Origin: Wallemia ichthyophaga EXF-994
Taxonomy: Eukaryota > Fungi > Basidiomycota
NCBI RefSeq assembly: GCF_000400465.1
Contig: NW_008806276.1
Coordinates: 20,001 to 268,000, forward strand
Length of the DNA: 248,000 bases
Reading direction: 5' to 3'
In this document: one piece after another, positions 51,980 through 65,503 of the stretch
How positions within the stretch are numbered: position 1 is the stretch's first letter
Layout: each line of letters starts with the position of its first letter
Notes under the pieces: model-generated
Told to the model about the DNA's origin: nothing
The model's input: only the letters and a program-made list of their open reading frames with translations
Databases searched by the model: none
Program-made: the position numbers and the translations under genes

Positions 51980-53598
51980 TCGTGAATTAATGTGTAGCAG
52001 TGCCCACTTGTCGTCTACCAGTAGAGAATGATGCATTTGTGGATTTCGCTGGTAATTATATATCACCAGCGTTTGGTGTGTCTATTGGGTACAATTACTT
52101 TTTGTGCATGGTGAGAGCTATTGATTGAAGTGTAATCACGTAACAACATCTTCAGATAGGTCTTCTCTGCTTTGAAATTACAAACTTCGGAAACGCTATC
52201 AACTACTGGACCACAGAGCCATTACACCCGGCTATAATGGTATCTGCGAGTATTGCAGCTTATGTCCTCATACACTCATGGGACTCGAGATGGTTCGGGG
52301 AGTCAGAGTTTGTGGGTTAGTTTGGAGATATTGCTTATTTTCTAAAAGCTATGCAGTGGATCGTTATCTTGAAACTCTTATTGCTGGTAATGTGTGTATT
52401 GTATACTTTAGTCACTATGTGCGGCGGAAATCCCCTCAATGGCGCTTATGGATTCAGATATTGGCGCGACCCTGGTCCAATAGTGGGTAATACAGCTTTA
52501 ACGCAACTGCAGGCGTTTCTAGCAGCGCTTTTGGTGCCTCATTTGCCGTCGCAGGACCAGACATGCTCTCAATAATCTCTGGAGAAGCTAGAGATCCTCG
52601 TAGAGTGATGCCGATCGCATTCAGAACAGTATTTGTTTGGTTGTTTGTGTTCTTCATCCTTTCAACACTCGCTGTTGGTATTGTTATATCTTCAGAGGAT
52701 AAAATTTTACTCAACTCCATCAAGAACAACGGAGCTGGAGCTGCCCAATCACCTTACGGAGCTAGCATGATGAGGCTGAAGATCAAAAGGCTTCCTCATC
52801 TAGTTAACGCCTCGATTACTACTAGCATTTTTAGTGCTGGATCAGCATTCTTTTTCAATTCATTACGTACACTGCACGGCTTGGCTGTTCAAGGGTTTGG
52901 CCCAGTTATCTTTAAACGTGTAAATAGAAATGGTGTTCCCTACGCAACGATTTTTGTTACAACGGCTTTCGCCTGCTTGAGCTACTTGAAAATTGGTAAT
53001 GGTAGCTCGAAGGTCCTCGATTGGTTCATTGGTGAGCGTCAGAAACACAAAGCTATTTCAACTGCTGACATGAGATCAAGGTATCTCTACCGCTGCGCAA
53101 CTGATCACTTGATGCGTTATTTGTGTAACATATTTGCGCTGGGAGAAGGCGATGAAGGTGCAAAGTTTGTGGGAGACTGAAAATTTAAATTATCGCTCTA
53201 AGCTCATGCCTTATGGTGCTTGGTGAGTTTACTGAGTCTTTGTCGTACCGGTAAGCTGACGTAGCCGAGGTTTGCTCTATTTTGCGCAACGGCAGTGACG
53301 TTAATAAACGGCTATACGGTTTTCTAGATGGAAACTGGGATATTGCTGACTTGTGTGTTGGAATTTGGAATTCTTGCCAAACTAATACCACATCAGCTTC
53401 TTTACTTACTTCTCACCGATATGCTTCGTGGTGCTTGGTGTTGGATATAGTGTGATCAAGAAAGAGGGGCTGGTTAGTCCTGACAAGGCAGACTTTTTCA
53501 CCGAGATGAAGGAGATCGACGAACACGAGAATTCACTGCTTGCACAAGAGGAGGAGAAACCTTTTTCAGCGAAGAAGGCTATTAATTGGATTCTTTAG
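51980..53598 (+). CDS. APC-family amino acid permease (possibly degenerate)
   Basis: YGFRYWRDPG, GEARDPRRVMP, LPHLVNASITTSIFSAG, NRNGVPY; fragmented frames. Confidence 0.7.
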
Positions 53599-54449
53599 TG
53601 TTTTCCGTTGATTTTATTATACGCTTTTTGTATTCTTTTAAATAATTTCGAAGAGTGTCACTATACTCAAAAAGATAGTCAGTTCGTCCTCAAAATTGCT
53701 TACACTTCCGATTGTTAAGAGGAAGAACTGATTAAGAGGTGATCAAATAGACTAAGTTCCGAGTCAATTGAGAATTTAGAGATGTTTGACTACTTCAATC
53801 TCTCAAAAAAGCACGCGCACACTCTACTCGAAAATGAGACCCGACGAAATAAAAGTCTGTGAAAATTCGCTACACAAGAAGGGCAAGGAAAAGCTTCCAC
53901 TTATTTAGCCGGATGAGAGAAATTATAAGAGGGAGCAATTACGTCAGACAGAATATCATTGGAGACGAGTGAGGGCTTGTGACCTCTGGAGATTGTTCTA
54001 AACATAAAATATGCGGTTGGCTAATCTGCAAGTGTCTTCCAGCTGGTTCAAAAATCATTGTATCCAAAAGTAAGATAGTTCAAAACATTCTCCTTCCTAG
54101 AACTTATGCAGAATCTCCGCTTACGTTAAAATACTCACCGGACAAGTCGCACGCTCATCGGTCAAGATTACTGGAATATTTACTGATTCTGCACGAGACG
54201 CAAATTATCACTTTAAAGTATGTAAAATGACCGAAATTAAGACAATAATCTCAAATTACATTTCATTGAAAGTGCTGAGGTTCATCCAGCACGTTTCATC
54301 AGTCGCCGTGAACGAACTTCCTGATAGGAGAGTATACTCATCAAATTCGGACATGTCCAGAGCAGATACAGGCTCTGGCAATATCCAGTTCAATGGGGGC
54401 GCTTGTTTTGGAGTTTGTGTTTGCTTCTCTGTTTCACTCAAATCCAAAC

Positions 54450-56064
54450 CAATCTTCCTAGCTTCGTCTTCTAATTTTTTGAGCTGATTCGTGTAAGTAC
54501 AGGCTCAAACATTAAGCGATACCTACAAATCCATGTGCGGCGGTACACAATTGCTCGTGATCTTGAAAAATCTCACTATGGTCAAGAGCTCATTCTCTAT
54601 AGTACTAACAGCCTGAATGTCTAAATTCTTAGCAGCTTCAATGTAAGCACCGACAAGAATGGACGCCGAGCTGCTGTATGTTGTGAAAATCATGCTAGGC
54701 AGCCGCGTCAAATCGTAGGTGGTAGCCATTAACTTGTGAAGAGAGTTGATTGCCACGCGCGAGTAAAAGAGTAGTCTAGATTGCGAAAGCTTCTCGCTAT
54801 TGAATTGCGAATGTAGGCTAAGCATGCACTTAGCAGCGATCATATGCGCCATCAAATTGTCAATATCAAGACCATCCTCATCCACGCGAACTGGATCAGA
54901 GTATTTCGAAGGAAAGCTCTGCCTGAATGTTTGTATTAAAGTATCCAACTCTCCAAATGACACTAATTGACTGCCTGACGTCAAACACAACGCTTGAACG
55001 TCGTAAAAACTTCTCAAGTGAAAGTCATTAACTCTCCCCATCAGTACGAGGGCCTTAATGAGTAGTGACAGTCCATCACCTAGATGTTGGATAAAAAAAT
55101 TGGGCGAGTACACGTACTCAGTACTTTTCGCTATTCGACTCGTGAAAGTGCTATTCTTGAAAGCTTTCAAAGTGCAAGGTAGCGGAGTAAACAAATGGCC
55201 TTCTTGAATTATACTCGGGTTTATGCCAGTATCTAGTGTAAACAGCTGGTCGATTATGTAGGCCTTGAAAAACAGCCGCCTTCGTTGCTCAACCTCTAAA
55301 TCACTGCCTGCGGCTGTCAAATACCACTTCCTAGGATAATCTGTGTCATGATTGAGTGAAAATGCTATTACTCCTCGAGCAGCGAAGGCTACCGGAAAAA
55401 ACAAGTCGGCTTTGTTACCAATTGAAAAAAGGTGTTGACTTATTATTATAGCGGCATGTATTCGCTCTAGCACAAACATCAGCCCAGGCGATTGGCCATC
55501 TTCGTTCAGCTTCTCTAGGGCTAGCGCGGTGTGTTTTTCGGAAGGATCTTTGTTAGGAAGATGTTGGAATGCGATAGCGAATACGGCGTGACAGAGTGCT
55601 TTGCAGGGGAATTTCGGTGAGGTTGGGGGTAGATGCATCAGTCTAGTTTCGAATGACTGTCTGGGAAGATCACTTGCAGCGAAAGGCGAACACGCGTAAA
55701 ATGTAGATATCAGGTAGCTAACCATATCTTTAGGTGGGAAATCTTTTGGCCAATTTGACGTTGTAATTTTGAGCGGTTCAGCGGAGGTAGATGGCATGCT
55801 ACTGCTATTACTATTGCTGTTGCTGCTATCTATTTTCACTCTCTCCAGCTTATCCTCCAGTTCTCTGATTCTGTCTTCGTAAGCCCGCAGCTTAGTCGCC
55901 CTCCTAGCTGACTGCCGCGATTCATTATCGTAAATGCATTCTAATCCACCGCTCCTGACGCAATTCGAGCAGATTGGTTTGACGGCATCGCAGCGCATCT
56001 TCTTCCTACGGCAAGCGAGGCATGCTGAGCCTTTCGGTAGCGTGTCCGATTGTGCTTTAGGCAT
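54450..56064 (-). CDS. Zn2Cys6 transcription factor with fungal-specific TF domain
   Basis: ACLACRRKKMRCDAVKPICSNC...CIY, EQRRRLFFKAYIID. Confidence 0.88.
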
Positions 56065-56185
56065 CTAATTGGTTGAGATTAAAAAGCCAGGAATGATGAA
56101 ATGTGACTTCTTATCTGCATCGATTGCGTAAAATTATACAAGTGAAAATGAGAAATTTAAATGAAAATTAATTGTTATTGAAAAA

Positions 56186-57181
56186 TTATGACTCAGTCTT
56201 GCCATCTTCAATTTGAAATCCTGTGTTTGATTTCTTCATACTGATTGTACGTGATGGCCAAATCAGCCAGACGCTGATAGCCAGTAGCATCGGTGCCGCG
56301 TCAAACACGAAAAAGCAGGCTTCGCTCTTTTGCACGGAATTTCCCTCACCACCGCTCAACTCTATGACTCGGTAAACGAGGCGGACCAGTATGAAGAATG
56401 AGCTAGTTGCGAGCAGTATTAGTACTTTGTCGATATTTCTGCCAACGGCTGTACTTCTCAAGTTTGGAACTCTACGGAATCGACAGTCTGTGACGATCGC
56501 TATAAAGCACAGATAAGATATAAGCTGCGCAATCATTCCAGCTAGCGTCAACTTGTTACCGTTGCTGCGTTGGTCGGATGAGATCTCCATGAGTTGCCCC
56601 GCAAATTGTGCTAAGAATGTGGTAATATCCGACCAGACAAATATATGCTTAATCGTTCGTGGAGATGCGATGGTGACACTGCCTTTCGATATGCGACTGT
56701 CATTCTTTAGGTTGTGAGAGATGCGACCGAAGACCAGATAGTTGAAAGCCAGATACGCGACCGGCGCGACCAAGATGAAGACGTCTCCCGCAATAAACAA
56801 GCCTGGTAAGTCGTGTCAGTCTTCCTTTGTTGTATTATGTTGATGTCCCACCCATCGACATCGTTTCTGCAAAACGAATCTTATTCGGATACCCAACTCC
56901 CTCGAATAGCGCACCGATAGGTAAACAGAGTGCCCACCAATCTTTATGCATACACACGAGCACTGTAAATGCGACAGCAAGAAGAAGGTAGAGTGCACAA
57001 AACAAGTAATGAGCCCCTGGCGTAGGCTCAAAGGCTTAAATTGGTTTGAGAGGGTATAATTTGTTAACAGTAACCTACGAACAAATATATCTTTGTATTC
57101 TTCAATGGGCTGCTGTGCAGATGCAAATTGGAAAATCAGGCCCAGAAATAGCAGTTTAATGAAGAATTTAGGTATTATCAT
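56186..57181 (-). CDS. RTA1-like multi-pass membrane protein
   Basis: FVWSDITTFLAQ, LVRLVYRVIELSGG, EACFFVFDAAPM. Confidence 0.85.
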
Positions 57182-57599
57182 TGCTTTTCAGGTCGAAAAT
57201 ATTTAATAGTATTAAAAAGGACAATATATGGCGTTTATTGAGCGATTGAGAATTTTCATCATCATCGGTCTAACTTTTGCCGTCCAAATTTGACTGGTTA
57301 ATGAGACAAGCACAGCTTTGAAGTAACTTCGGCTTAACATTCACCGGCTCTGCTGATGTCATTGCAACATAAAGTTGAGTTTAATTAGAGATTTTGCAAG
57401 TGACGAAAATAACGACAATATGGATGAAAATTGAGCTTTGTATGGCTTTTTTATATACATTTTACAATCATAATGTTCTTAATGCAGTGTTTTGTTGCTG
57501 GATGAGTGAATAAAGGAAACGCGTCTAGCTATTGAAGGCGCTGAGAGCTATTTTGTCTATTTGAGAAGAGTAAGTCACATGTAAGCATAATCCTGGTGC

Positions 57600-58330
57600 T
57601 TTTTCTATGTCCGTGCTTTCTATCTGCCTATTCTCTCTGATAAGCAGAAGTCCCCACCAGCTGAACATGATGTTAGCCGTTAATCAAGCATGACAATGCT
57701 GCCACTCACATATATGCAATGATTGTAGAGATGAAGCAAAACTGCTTTTATCAGCGAATCAGAATGATTTCATCGAAGCACTCCTCACAAGAACAGCCAA
57801 ATCGAGAAGAACGTTGAGTAGAGTTGATGTGGAGATGTTTCCGATGAGAAGGGCGGTAAAGGTTGATGGGAGGAAGGTTGCTGAGCTGTTTATTAAACGC
57901 CATTGAGCAGTTAAATCAGCGCACCAATCAAGCCCTCGAGTAAATTAACACGATTTTCGAACATTAAAAAGTTAGATGCTGCACTTCAAGACATATCTTA
58001 CAAGTCGCAGTCATAGCCGGTGCTTCAGGCACCTTATCAACTCTTGTGATTACCTAAAATAGCTTGAGCTTGAATCGAGTTTATATTATGCCTTTAGTTA
58101 TAGAAGAAGTTAGTAAATACTCCTTCACATATTTATAGATACAACTTCTACTCTCAAACCACTACTAAACACTAGCTTACCATTTTCCGCCTCGTGACCT
58201 TGAGGTGCGAGACATTCAGCGGATTGATGGAGCGTCTTGAAACAACGGCGAGAAAGCGGGATATTCATGTTCATAGGTACGGTTATTCCCCGTATTAGTT
58301 AGAGCGCTTCAAGGCGCTTCATACGAGGGG
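57600..58330. repeat. Older, diverged duplicate of 45100-45890
   Basis: Colinear similarity to the sequence upstream of copy A. Confidence 0.8.
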
Positions 58331-58828
58331 CTAGAGATGGAAGACGGGATCCTCATACTATACTCGACGTTCTGTTGCTATTCTGTTCACCTCTCATACA
58401 TCAATGCAGCCATAATTTATAATTTAGGAGTGTTTCACAACCTCTTTTATACAATATACGCTCACTTCAGCGCAAAGGATCTTTACAGCTGCATGACTAC
58501 CATTCAAATGTATACTCAACACTTTCGGAAGTTCAGAGAGTGTAATACTTTGCTTGTGCCTCATTTCCTGCCTATGATGTCAATTTCACTGCTACTATCG
58601 CCCAGATGCAATCGATTATGTTGATTCTACACCAATTAGACGCACCACGAGAAGGCCATTTTGATCTGCTTTCACTCCACTCTACTCAAAGGATGTGCCT
58701 ATTTCGACACTGACAAGCTCGCGTCGATATACTGCGCCTCCTTTGACGCGAAGTATCATTCCTTGGTCGAGTGTATAAATAAGGCTGTTCTTTTTCACTA
58801 TCTCTCATCCCGCTTCTGCCACTTAAGT

Positions 58829-59200
58829 ATGAAGTTTCCAGTCACTTTAGTTCTATTAGTCGCTGTTCTTTGTTGTCTTGTCGAAGCAGCCAAGCGCCGG
58901 GGGTACAATAGAGGCATCCTCGACAAGAAAGGTATGATGCAAAAGAGAGGTATCCTCGGTAAGAAGGAATTTGGCAAGAGATACATCCTCGATAAGAGCG
59001 AATACGTCAAGAGAGGCGGATTGACTGATATCCTGGACAAGAGAGATATCTACCGCAGACAAGAAAATAATTACGACTTCGACGAACTGACAGACATGAA
59101 GAGGGGTATCCTCAGTCGTCAAGATAACGATGACCTCGAGGAACTTTCAGCCATCAAGAGAGAGATTCTCAAGCGTCAAGATGATGAAACGCTCGAATGA
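58829..59200 (+). CDS. Secreted KEP-like peptide precursor, copy B
   Basis: Protein identical to 46245-46616. Confidence 0.75.
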   Translation: MKFPVTLVLLVAVLCCLVEAAKRRGYNRGILDKKGMMQKRGILGKKEFGKRYILDKSEYVKRGGLTDILDKRDIYRRQENNYDFDELTDMKRGILSRQDNDDLEELSAIKREILKRQDDETLE

Positions 59201-59385
59201 CTAGCTATTGGGTAAATATCAGGTCCACTCGCCATATTTTTAATATGATTCTCTGAATTCACGATTGTATGTTTTAGAAATAAATGTTGTTTACTGTAAT
59301 TAATGAAAGACATTAAAGATATCAGAGGGGTATATAAATAATCTAAAAGAGTGCAATAGCACTGACCGGACTCGCCTTGAAGGCG

Positions 59386-59703
59386 TCAGTACGAGAGCGA
59401 GTATTGATTAGTGTGTTTGAAATCATAGACCATTACGCTGAGCTCGTAGATGTAGTCGTTGAGGTCGTCGCGCTCCTGCTTCAATTGCTTGTTGAAACTT
59501 CTCAAGTACTCAACTTCAGCTTTCAAGGAGGATTGCAAGCGTTGACGTTCGCCGTGCCGAGTATTGCAGCAGAGATGCAGAGACTCCGCCTCATTCTTAG
59601 TAATTTCTGAGCCAGAGACATCGCGTACAATGTCTATTCCTGTTAGCAAGTGCTGATATAGATCACAATCAATCGTCTTACTTTTCTCGCTTTTTTGGAT
59701 CAT
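59386..59703 (-). CDS. Small leucine-zipper protein, copy B
   Basis: Identical to 46802-47119. Confidence 0.4.
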   Translation of the reverse strand: MIQKSEKSKTIDCDLYQHLLTGIDIVRDVSGSEITKNEAESLHLCCNTRHGERQRLQSSLKAEVEYLRSFNKQLKQERDDLNDYIYELSVMVYDFKHTNQYSLSY

Positions 59704-59947
59704 TTATGCAGTGAGGATATAAGAGGAGAAGAAACTGAGTAGACTCTGCACGGACTGCGTGGTCCCGCTCGGAATCCGCTCATACGAATCTAGGGTGGTG
59801 AAAATCCGTGCCTGGAAACATCACAAGTATGTTTCCGGTAACAGTCGATGTTAAGCCTTCCTCAAACACTTGCAGATAAATGTTCAAGTAATATTGCGTG
59901 TATTATCTATCAACATCTCTATCAAGCTACTTATTACGAAGACATGA

Positions 59948-60288
59948 TCAGCTATCCTGCCTCTCGAGCTCATCTAGTACCTTGTACGCTCCCTTCTCTT
60001 CCAATGCCTTGATGAAAAGGATCCGTGCCATCTCGTCGTCCCCGAAGCGATGGAGCTTAAGCACCTCATTTCGGTAGTCAGGCCTAACTCCGAAAAGAGC
60101 GTGTGCAGCTGTATCCGTATCCAGCGAGAAGTTTGCGTTTGAGTGGGAGCGTGAATAACTACCAAAAGCACTCTTGATGTCGAGCATGTCAGGTTGATCT
60201 TCTTCGATAGCAAAATTAAACTTACAGATACCGGAGCAGCAAGCACAGAGCCTAAAACTATCCCAGTAAAGGCTGCTGCAAGCTTCAT
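59948..60288 (-). CDS. Small secreted protein, copy B
   Basis: Identical to 47364-47704. Confidence 0.5.
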
Positions 60289-60483
60289 GAGTTGAAGATG
60301 TGGCGGATGTAAGTTCTCGCTGAGCAAAAGCTCCCGAGGGGGAAGCTTTCGGGTAAAAGCATACGCTAGCTCTTCTAATAATTTTAAATGATGATGTCAT
60401 TTAATAATTAGGAGCATAAAGAGTCGTAAATGGCTATCATTGTATTATCGTAAATATTGGCACATTTCAATTACATCAAAGAA

Positions 60484-61092
60484 TCAAATATTATCCCCCG
60501 CATGTTCCGTGAAGAACTGGAATCTTGCAATCCCTTCAATATCTAGCTTACCTTCGAAAAATAACTGACTACCTCCGCAAGGACTTTTGCTCAAATCAAT
60601 AGTCTTATCTGAGTGATCATTAAGTACGGCGTATCCATGCCAACTATCGTCAAACTTTTGCTTTATACATTTAGTAGACCCCCTCGGTTTCTCGTTTGTT
60701 AACTTGTGGTTCATCGCACTTGATATCTTTTCCAAATGTGGATACTTGGTACATGAATTTTCGACGTGGAATTTGTAAGTGTTGTCTGATATTGCCGTTT
60801 CAATCACATTACATCTATATGTATACCAATCATAGATGGCAATGCCACTGTCATACGCAGCTCTCAGACCAAATGACAAGATTCCGATAGAGAACCAGAT
60901 TGGAACCTGATGCGTTGGAGAGCTATTGACAGGCAAATATTTAGGAAAAACCACGCGCATACTTTGAGATATAGAGTAAAAAATAGAAACATTTTCGAAT
61001 GTCAAGCATTCATTATGAATGAAGTAGTTAGTGATAAGCTTGAGAAATAATGCTGCGCAATTGATGGCTATGACTTTGTGAATCGTTACCAT
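60484..61092 (-). CDS. Putative killer-toxin-like secreted protein, copy B
   Basis: N-terminal ~120 aa identical to copy A; C-terminus divergent. Confidence 0.5.
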   Translation of the reverse strand: MVTIHKVIAINCAALFLKLITNYFIHNECLTFENVSIFYSISQSMRVVFPKYLPVNSSPTHQVPIWFSIGILSFGLRAAYDSGIAIYDWYTYRCNVIETAISDNTYKFHVENSCTKYPHLEKISSAMNHKLTNEKPRGSTKCIKQKFDDSWHGYAVLNDHSDKTIDLSKSPCGGSQLFFEGKLDIEGIARFQFFTEHAGDNI

Positions 61093-61524
61093 ATGATGAG
61101 AGTTGAGAGGATAGGACGCGACAGTGGATAGGCTGCTCGAAAGATTTCAATAATGATAACATTTCGTCTTTGACATTAATTCTGATTACTTACTGAACAC
61201 CCACTTCCAACTCCCAAACCTCTAGATGAGACGCTTCAATTTTAAACTTAGAATTCCATAAACCGTAATTGTTTATTCAATTTACTTGAAGCTCCTCCGG
61301 CTGAAACTTTGTGTCATTTTGTCTACGACAACAGGAAACGCCCAATATTGAGACAATGACGCATTAAAGTACACGCCTTTTTATTTGTTTACAAGCTTCA
61401 GCCGAATCACTTGGCAGTTTCATTAAATGACGAGATGTGATGATAGAAGTGAGAAACATCAGCCCAGCTGGCTTTATAAGAAGCGCTATATCTTTCTTTC
61501 TTCTTCACAACTAAGAAAATTGAA

Positions 61525-62941
61525 ATGTACTTCAACAACGTCAAAGCTCTCGCCGTTCTCGCCTTTACTAGCGCCATCGTATTAGTAGCCGCTGCACCTA
61601 ACCCAGCTGGCAACATCTCGTATCGCGGAGATGTAGGAGATGTCGGTCACAAGAATGAAAACTCTGAAAAGGGTGTGGATGCCAAGAACAACGATAATTA
61701 CGACAAATACGATAAGCAAGACAAGGAATCTCACGAAGAGGCGCTCAAGAAGCACAGCAAAGAGGTCGAAAAGCAGAAAATGCTGACGAAAGAAGCTGCC
61801 GAAAAGAACAAAGCAAATGACAAGGTTGGTAATGACGAAGCTTGCTGAAAATTGGCTTACACAGTAATAGAACCAGAAGACAGACGAGTACTGGAAGGGT
61901 GAGAAGAAAGATGACAACACGTACGACAACAAGTCTGGTAATAAGAAGCAAGACAATCAGTACGACACCAGTAAGAAACAAGATTCTGGCAAGCACGATA
62001 CCGACATGAAACAAGAGCACTACAACGACAAAAAGCAAGACAATCACTACGACACCAGTAAGAAACAAGATTCTGGCAAGCACGATACCGACATGAAACA
62101 AGAGCACTACAACGACAAAAAGCAAGACAATCACTACGACACCAGTAAGAAACAAGATTCTGGCAAGCACGATACCGACATGAAACAAGAGCACTACAAC
62201 GACAAAAAGCAAGACAATCACTACGACACCAGTAAGAAACAAGATTCTGGCAAGCACGATACCGACATGAAACAAGAGCACTACAACGACAAAAAGCAAG
62301 ACAATCACTACGACACCAGTAAGAAACAAGATTCTGGCAAGCACGATACCGACATGAAACAAGAGCACTACAACGACAAAAAGCAAGACAATCACTACGA
62401 CACCAGTAAGAAACAAGATTCTGGCAAGCACGATACCGACATGAAACAAGAGCACTACAACGACAAAAAGCAAGACAATCACTACGACACCAGTAAGAAA
62501 CAAGATTCTGGCAAGCACGATACCGACATGAAACAAGAGCACTACAACGACAAAAAGCAAGACAATCACTACGACACCAGTAAGAAACAAGATTCTGGCA
62601 AGCACGATACCGACATGAAACAAGAGCACTACAACGACAAAAAGCAAGACAATCACTACGACACCAGTAAGAAACAAGATTCTGGCAAGCACGATACCGA
62701 CATGAAACAAGAGCACTACAACGACAAAAAGCAAGACAATCACTACGACACCAGTAAGAAACAAGATTCTGGCAAGCACGATACCGACATGAAACAAGAG
62801 CACTACAACGACAAAAAGCAAGACAATCACTACGACACCAGTAAGAAACAAGATTCTGGCAAGCACGATACCGACATGAAACAAGAACACGACAACGACA
62901 AGAAGCAAGACAATCATTACGATACCGACAAGAAAGACTAA
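61525..62941 (+). CDS. Secreted hydrophilic repeat protein, copy B (10 full 29-aa repeats)
   Basis: Same exon 1 and intron as copy A; 311-aa repeat ORF = 10x29+21. Confidence 0.8.
61950..62940 (+). repeat. Near-perfect 87-bp tandem array
   Basis: Unit aagaaacaagattctggcaagcacgataccgacatgaaacaagagcactacaacgacaaaaagcaagacaatcactacgacaccagt. Confidence 0.95.
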
Positions 62942-63292
62942 GCTTCGATTGTTTGTTAAGCTTATTGTACACTGTGTTCATGAATGATTCTATCATTGAA
63001 CAAAGATATTAATTTTGAGTATTCAGCAAGGTGCTTTGTTCTTTACCCCGATAGGGCCTCTCGCTTATCAAGCTATTCCAAAAATAAAATCTTACTTATC
63101 CCAGCTGAGTTTGAACCCTTCAAGTTTGTCTCCTTTGTTCCACACTCTCACTACCGTAATTGATCCCTAAATCCGTCTTATCCACCTTATTTAACACAAG
63201 ATACTTGACATGGACAAGCGAGATATCTAAGCGACCGTGACTATCTACCTATACAGTAATTCAAGACCACATCTAGCTCAAATAACATCGGG

Positions 63293-64460
63293 ATGAAGTT
63301 GGAATTAGTCGCGATAGCTGCAATTATTCAGTTTGTCTTAGCGAAAGAGCCCTGGGATGACTTTAAGCATATCAAGGCATCGTTATTTGCTAATATAGTC
63401 ACTTTTCACATTAAGAACACCATCATTGCTTGACGGACAAAAGTCAGAATTTTGATATTGCTGTTAATGGTATACCTTTTGATACAAGCGTGTCATACTG
63501 AACAGGGGCCAGATTCGGACCGAATAGTGAGCCAATTCCCAAGCTCGAATATATTGCTGATTTGCTTAGGCATTAGTCAGGGATCACGTCACCAAGACCC
63601 AGCAAATGCATGGTCGCACTTCTGGGAGGCCAACCCTTACGCGAAAGGGGTCAAAATTTTAGACTGTGGGGATATTCCAGTGATTACAGTAGACAACCAG
63701 ATGTCATAAAAAAGCACCGAAGCTGCGCACGACAATCTTCTCAATCGACCAACTGCAAGTAAGCATCTAAAGCATCCAATGCTACTCACATTTGGAGGTG
63801 ACCACTCAATTGAGTTGCCAATTCTGCGTACTCTAAAAAAGGCGCGTAATCCGCGCTATTCATCGAAGTACATTTCCCGACACTCATCTCTAGGTACACG
63901 GTCCTATATCGCTTATTCAGATCGACTCTCATATCGATACATGGTCTTCAGGCAAAAAGTATGGGTTCAGTGATAAGCACGACACAGCACCTGTCTCTCA
64001 TGGCAACATGCTTTGGCATGCGTCGGAGGAAAATTTGCTTACCTCGAGATCGATCCAAGCTGGAATAAGGACGCGTTTTACAAAAGAAAGGGATATTACA
64101 GATAATAAAGAGTTTGGTATAAAAATGATCACGATCGATGCTATAGATGAAATCGGTGCAAAGGGAATTGCAGATCAAATTAGAAAAAGGGTCGGCAATA
64201 CGGCAGCCTATTTGACAATTGATATAGACTCAGTTGATCCTGCCTTTGCCGGCGCCACTGGAACACCCGAGCCTGGTGGGCTTACCACGCGCGAAGCCAA
64301 GACTATTTTAAGGAATCTGAAGGGTTTAAATTTTGTTGGGGCAGATATAGTCGAAGTTATTCACCATATGACGCTGGAAGTGAGCTAAGACAGATGGTCG
64401 CGGCTGATGTGGCACATGAAATTCTTCAATTACTGACTACGTCACCAATTATGGAATCCA
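63293..64460 (+). pseudogene. Agmatinase pseudogene, copy B
   Basis: Same fragments and lesions as copy A. Confidence 0.75.
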
Positions 64461-65503
64461 GCGTAATTCACGATGAGTTGTGAATGCATTTAAATAAGCT
64501 TTCACTAATGATTTACGCTTCTAAAGGTCTCTTTTCGTATTTATTACATCACATAGCTAAGAAATGCACATCGATGCCCATATTTTGCCACTTATACGAC
64601 TTCCTACGAGCTTGTATGTCAAAAACAAGCAATCTAAATGCTGCTAAATTCAACACTTTCTATTCTCCATTTATTCAATGTCATATATGGAACTATCACC
64701 AGGAACTCACCAGGAATTCACCGATTAGGAAGGAAGATAAAGATATCTAGGCACTTCATTATCAAACCTACATGCAAGAATACTATCGCTTAATTTCCGT
64801 CGCTTAATTGACCTTCACATGATTTATTGACCAGAACATACAGTTGATAAGATGTCTGATAAGGCGTCGATAAGGATGAGGATAAGTAGGGTCGTTTTTT
64901 CAATAACTCTTCTTTCACCAATGAATAAAGAAGAAAAAAGGAGCCTTCCATAAACTCAGCGTGTTTTTTTTTTTTTAACAATGCCGAGCCGGAGTCTTCA
65001 ACAAAAAGGGGCTCTCATACCAGCCGAAATCTGAATAGACGTCATATCCAAATTTACGGAATAGGTGGTGTGAGTTGAAAGAGAAAGGAAAGGATTGATT
65101 GCTGATCTAAAAAGGTTATTGGGACGGCGGTGATTGTCACACTAGGAGAACAGAACACAGAAGCAGGTGTGTTTGTCTCGCGTAAAAATAAAACCACTCA
65201 AAACTCACAGGACCGCTATTCTTGTTGCTGGCTTATACCTTCTGGAGCTGCATAATCTACATCGTGAATTAATGTGTAGCAGTGCCCACTTGTCGTCTAC
65301 CAGTAGAGAATGATGCATTTGTGGATTTCGCTGGTAATTATATATCACCAGCGTTTGGTGTGTCTATTGGGTACAATTACTTTTTGTGCATGGTGAGAGC
65401 TATTGATTGAAGTGTAATCACGTAACAACATCTTCAGATAGGTCTTCTCTGCTTTGAAATTACAAACTTCGGAAACGCTATCAACTACTGGACCACAGAG
65501 CCA

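Larger units (their letters stand above)
46005..52250. repeat. Segmental duplication copy A
   Basis: Near-identical to 58590-65532; initial offset 12584 bp; identical ORFs in the track. Confidence 0.95.

Noticed and set aside
61950-62940. 87-bp array as a CRISPR array
   Set aside because: The units are identical with no unique spacers, they are in frame within a secreted protein, and the context is eukaryotic with no cas genes.
61745-62996. Antisense 390-aa hydrophobic and 379-aa Cys-rich repeat ORFs (also at 49159-49714 and 66765-67233)
   Set aside because: They are shadow frames of the sense tandem repeat; the plus-strand gene has the signal peptide and a canonical intron.
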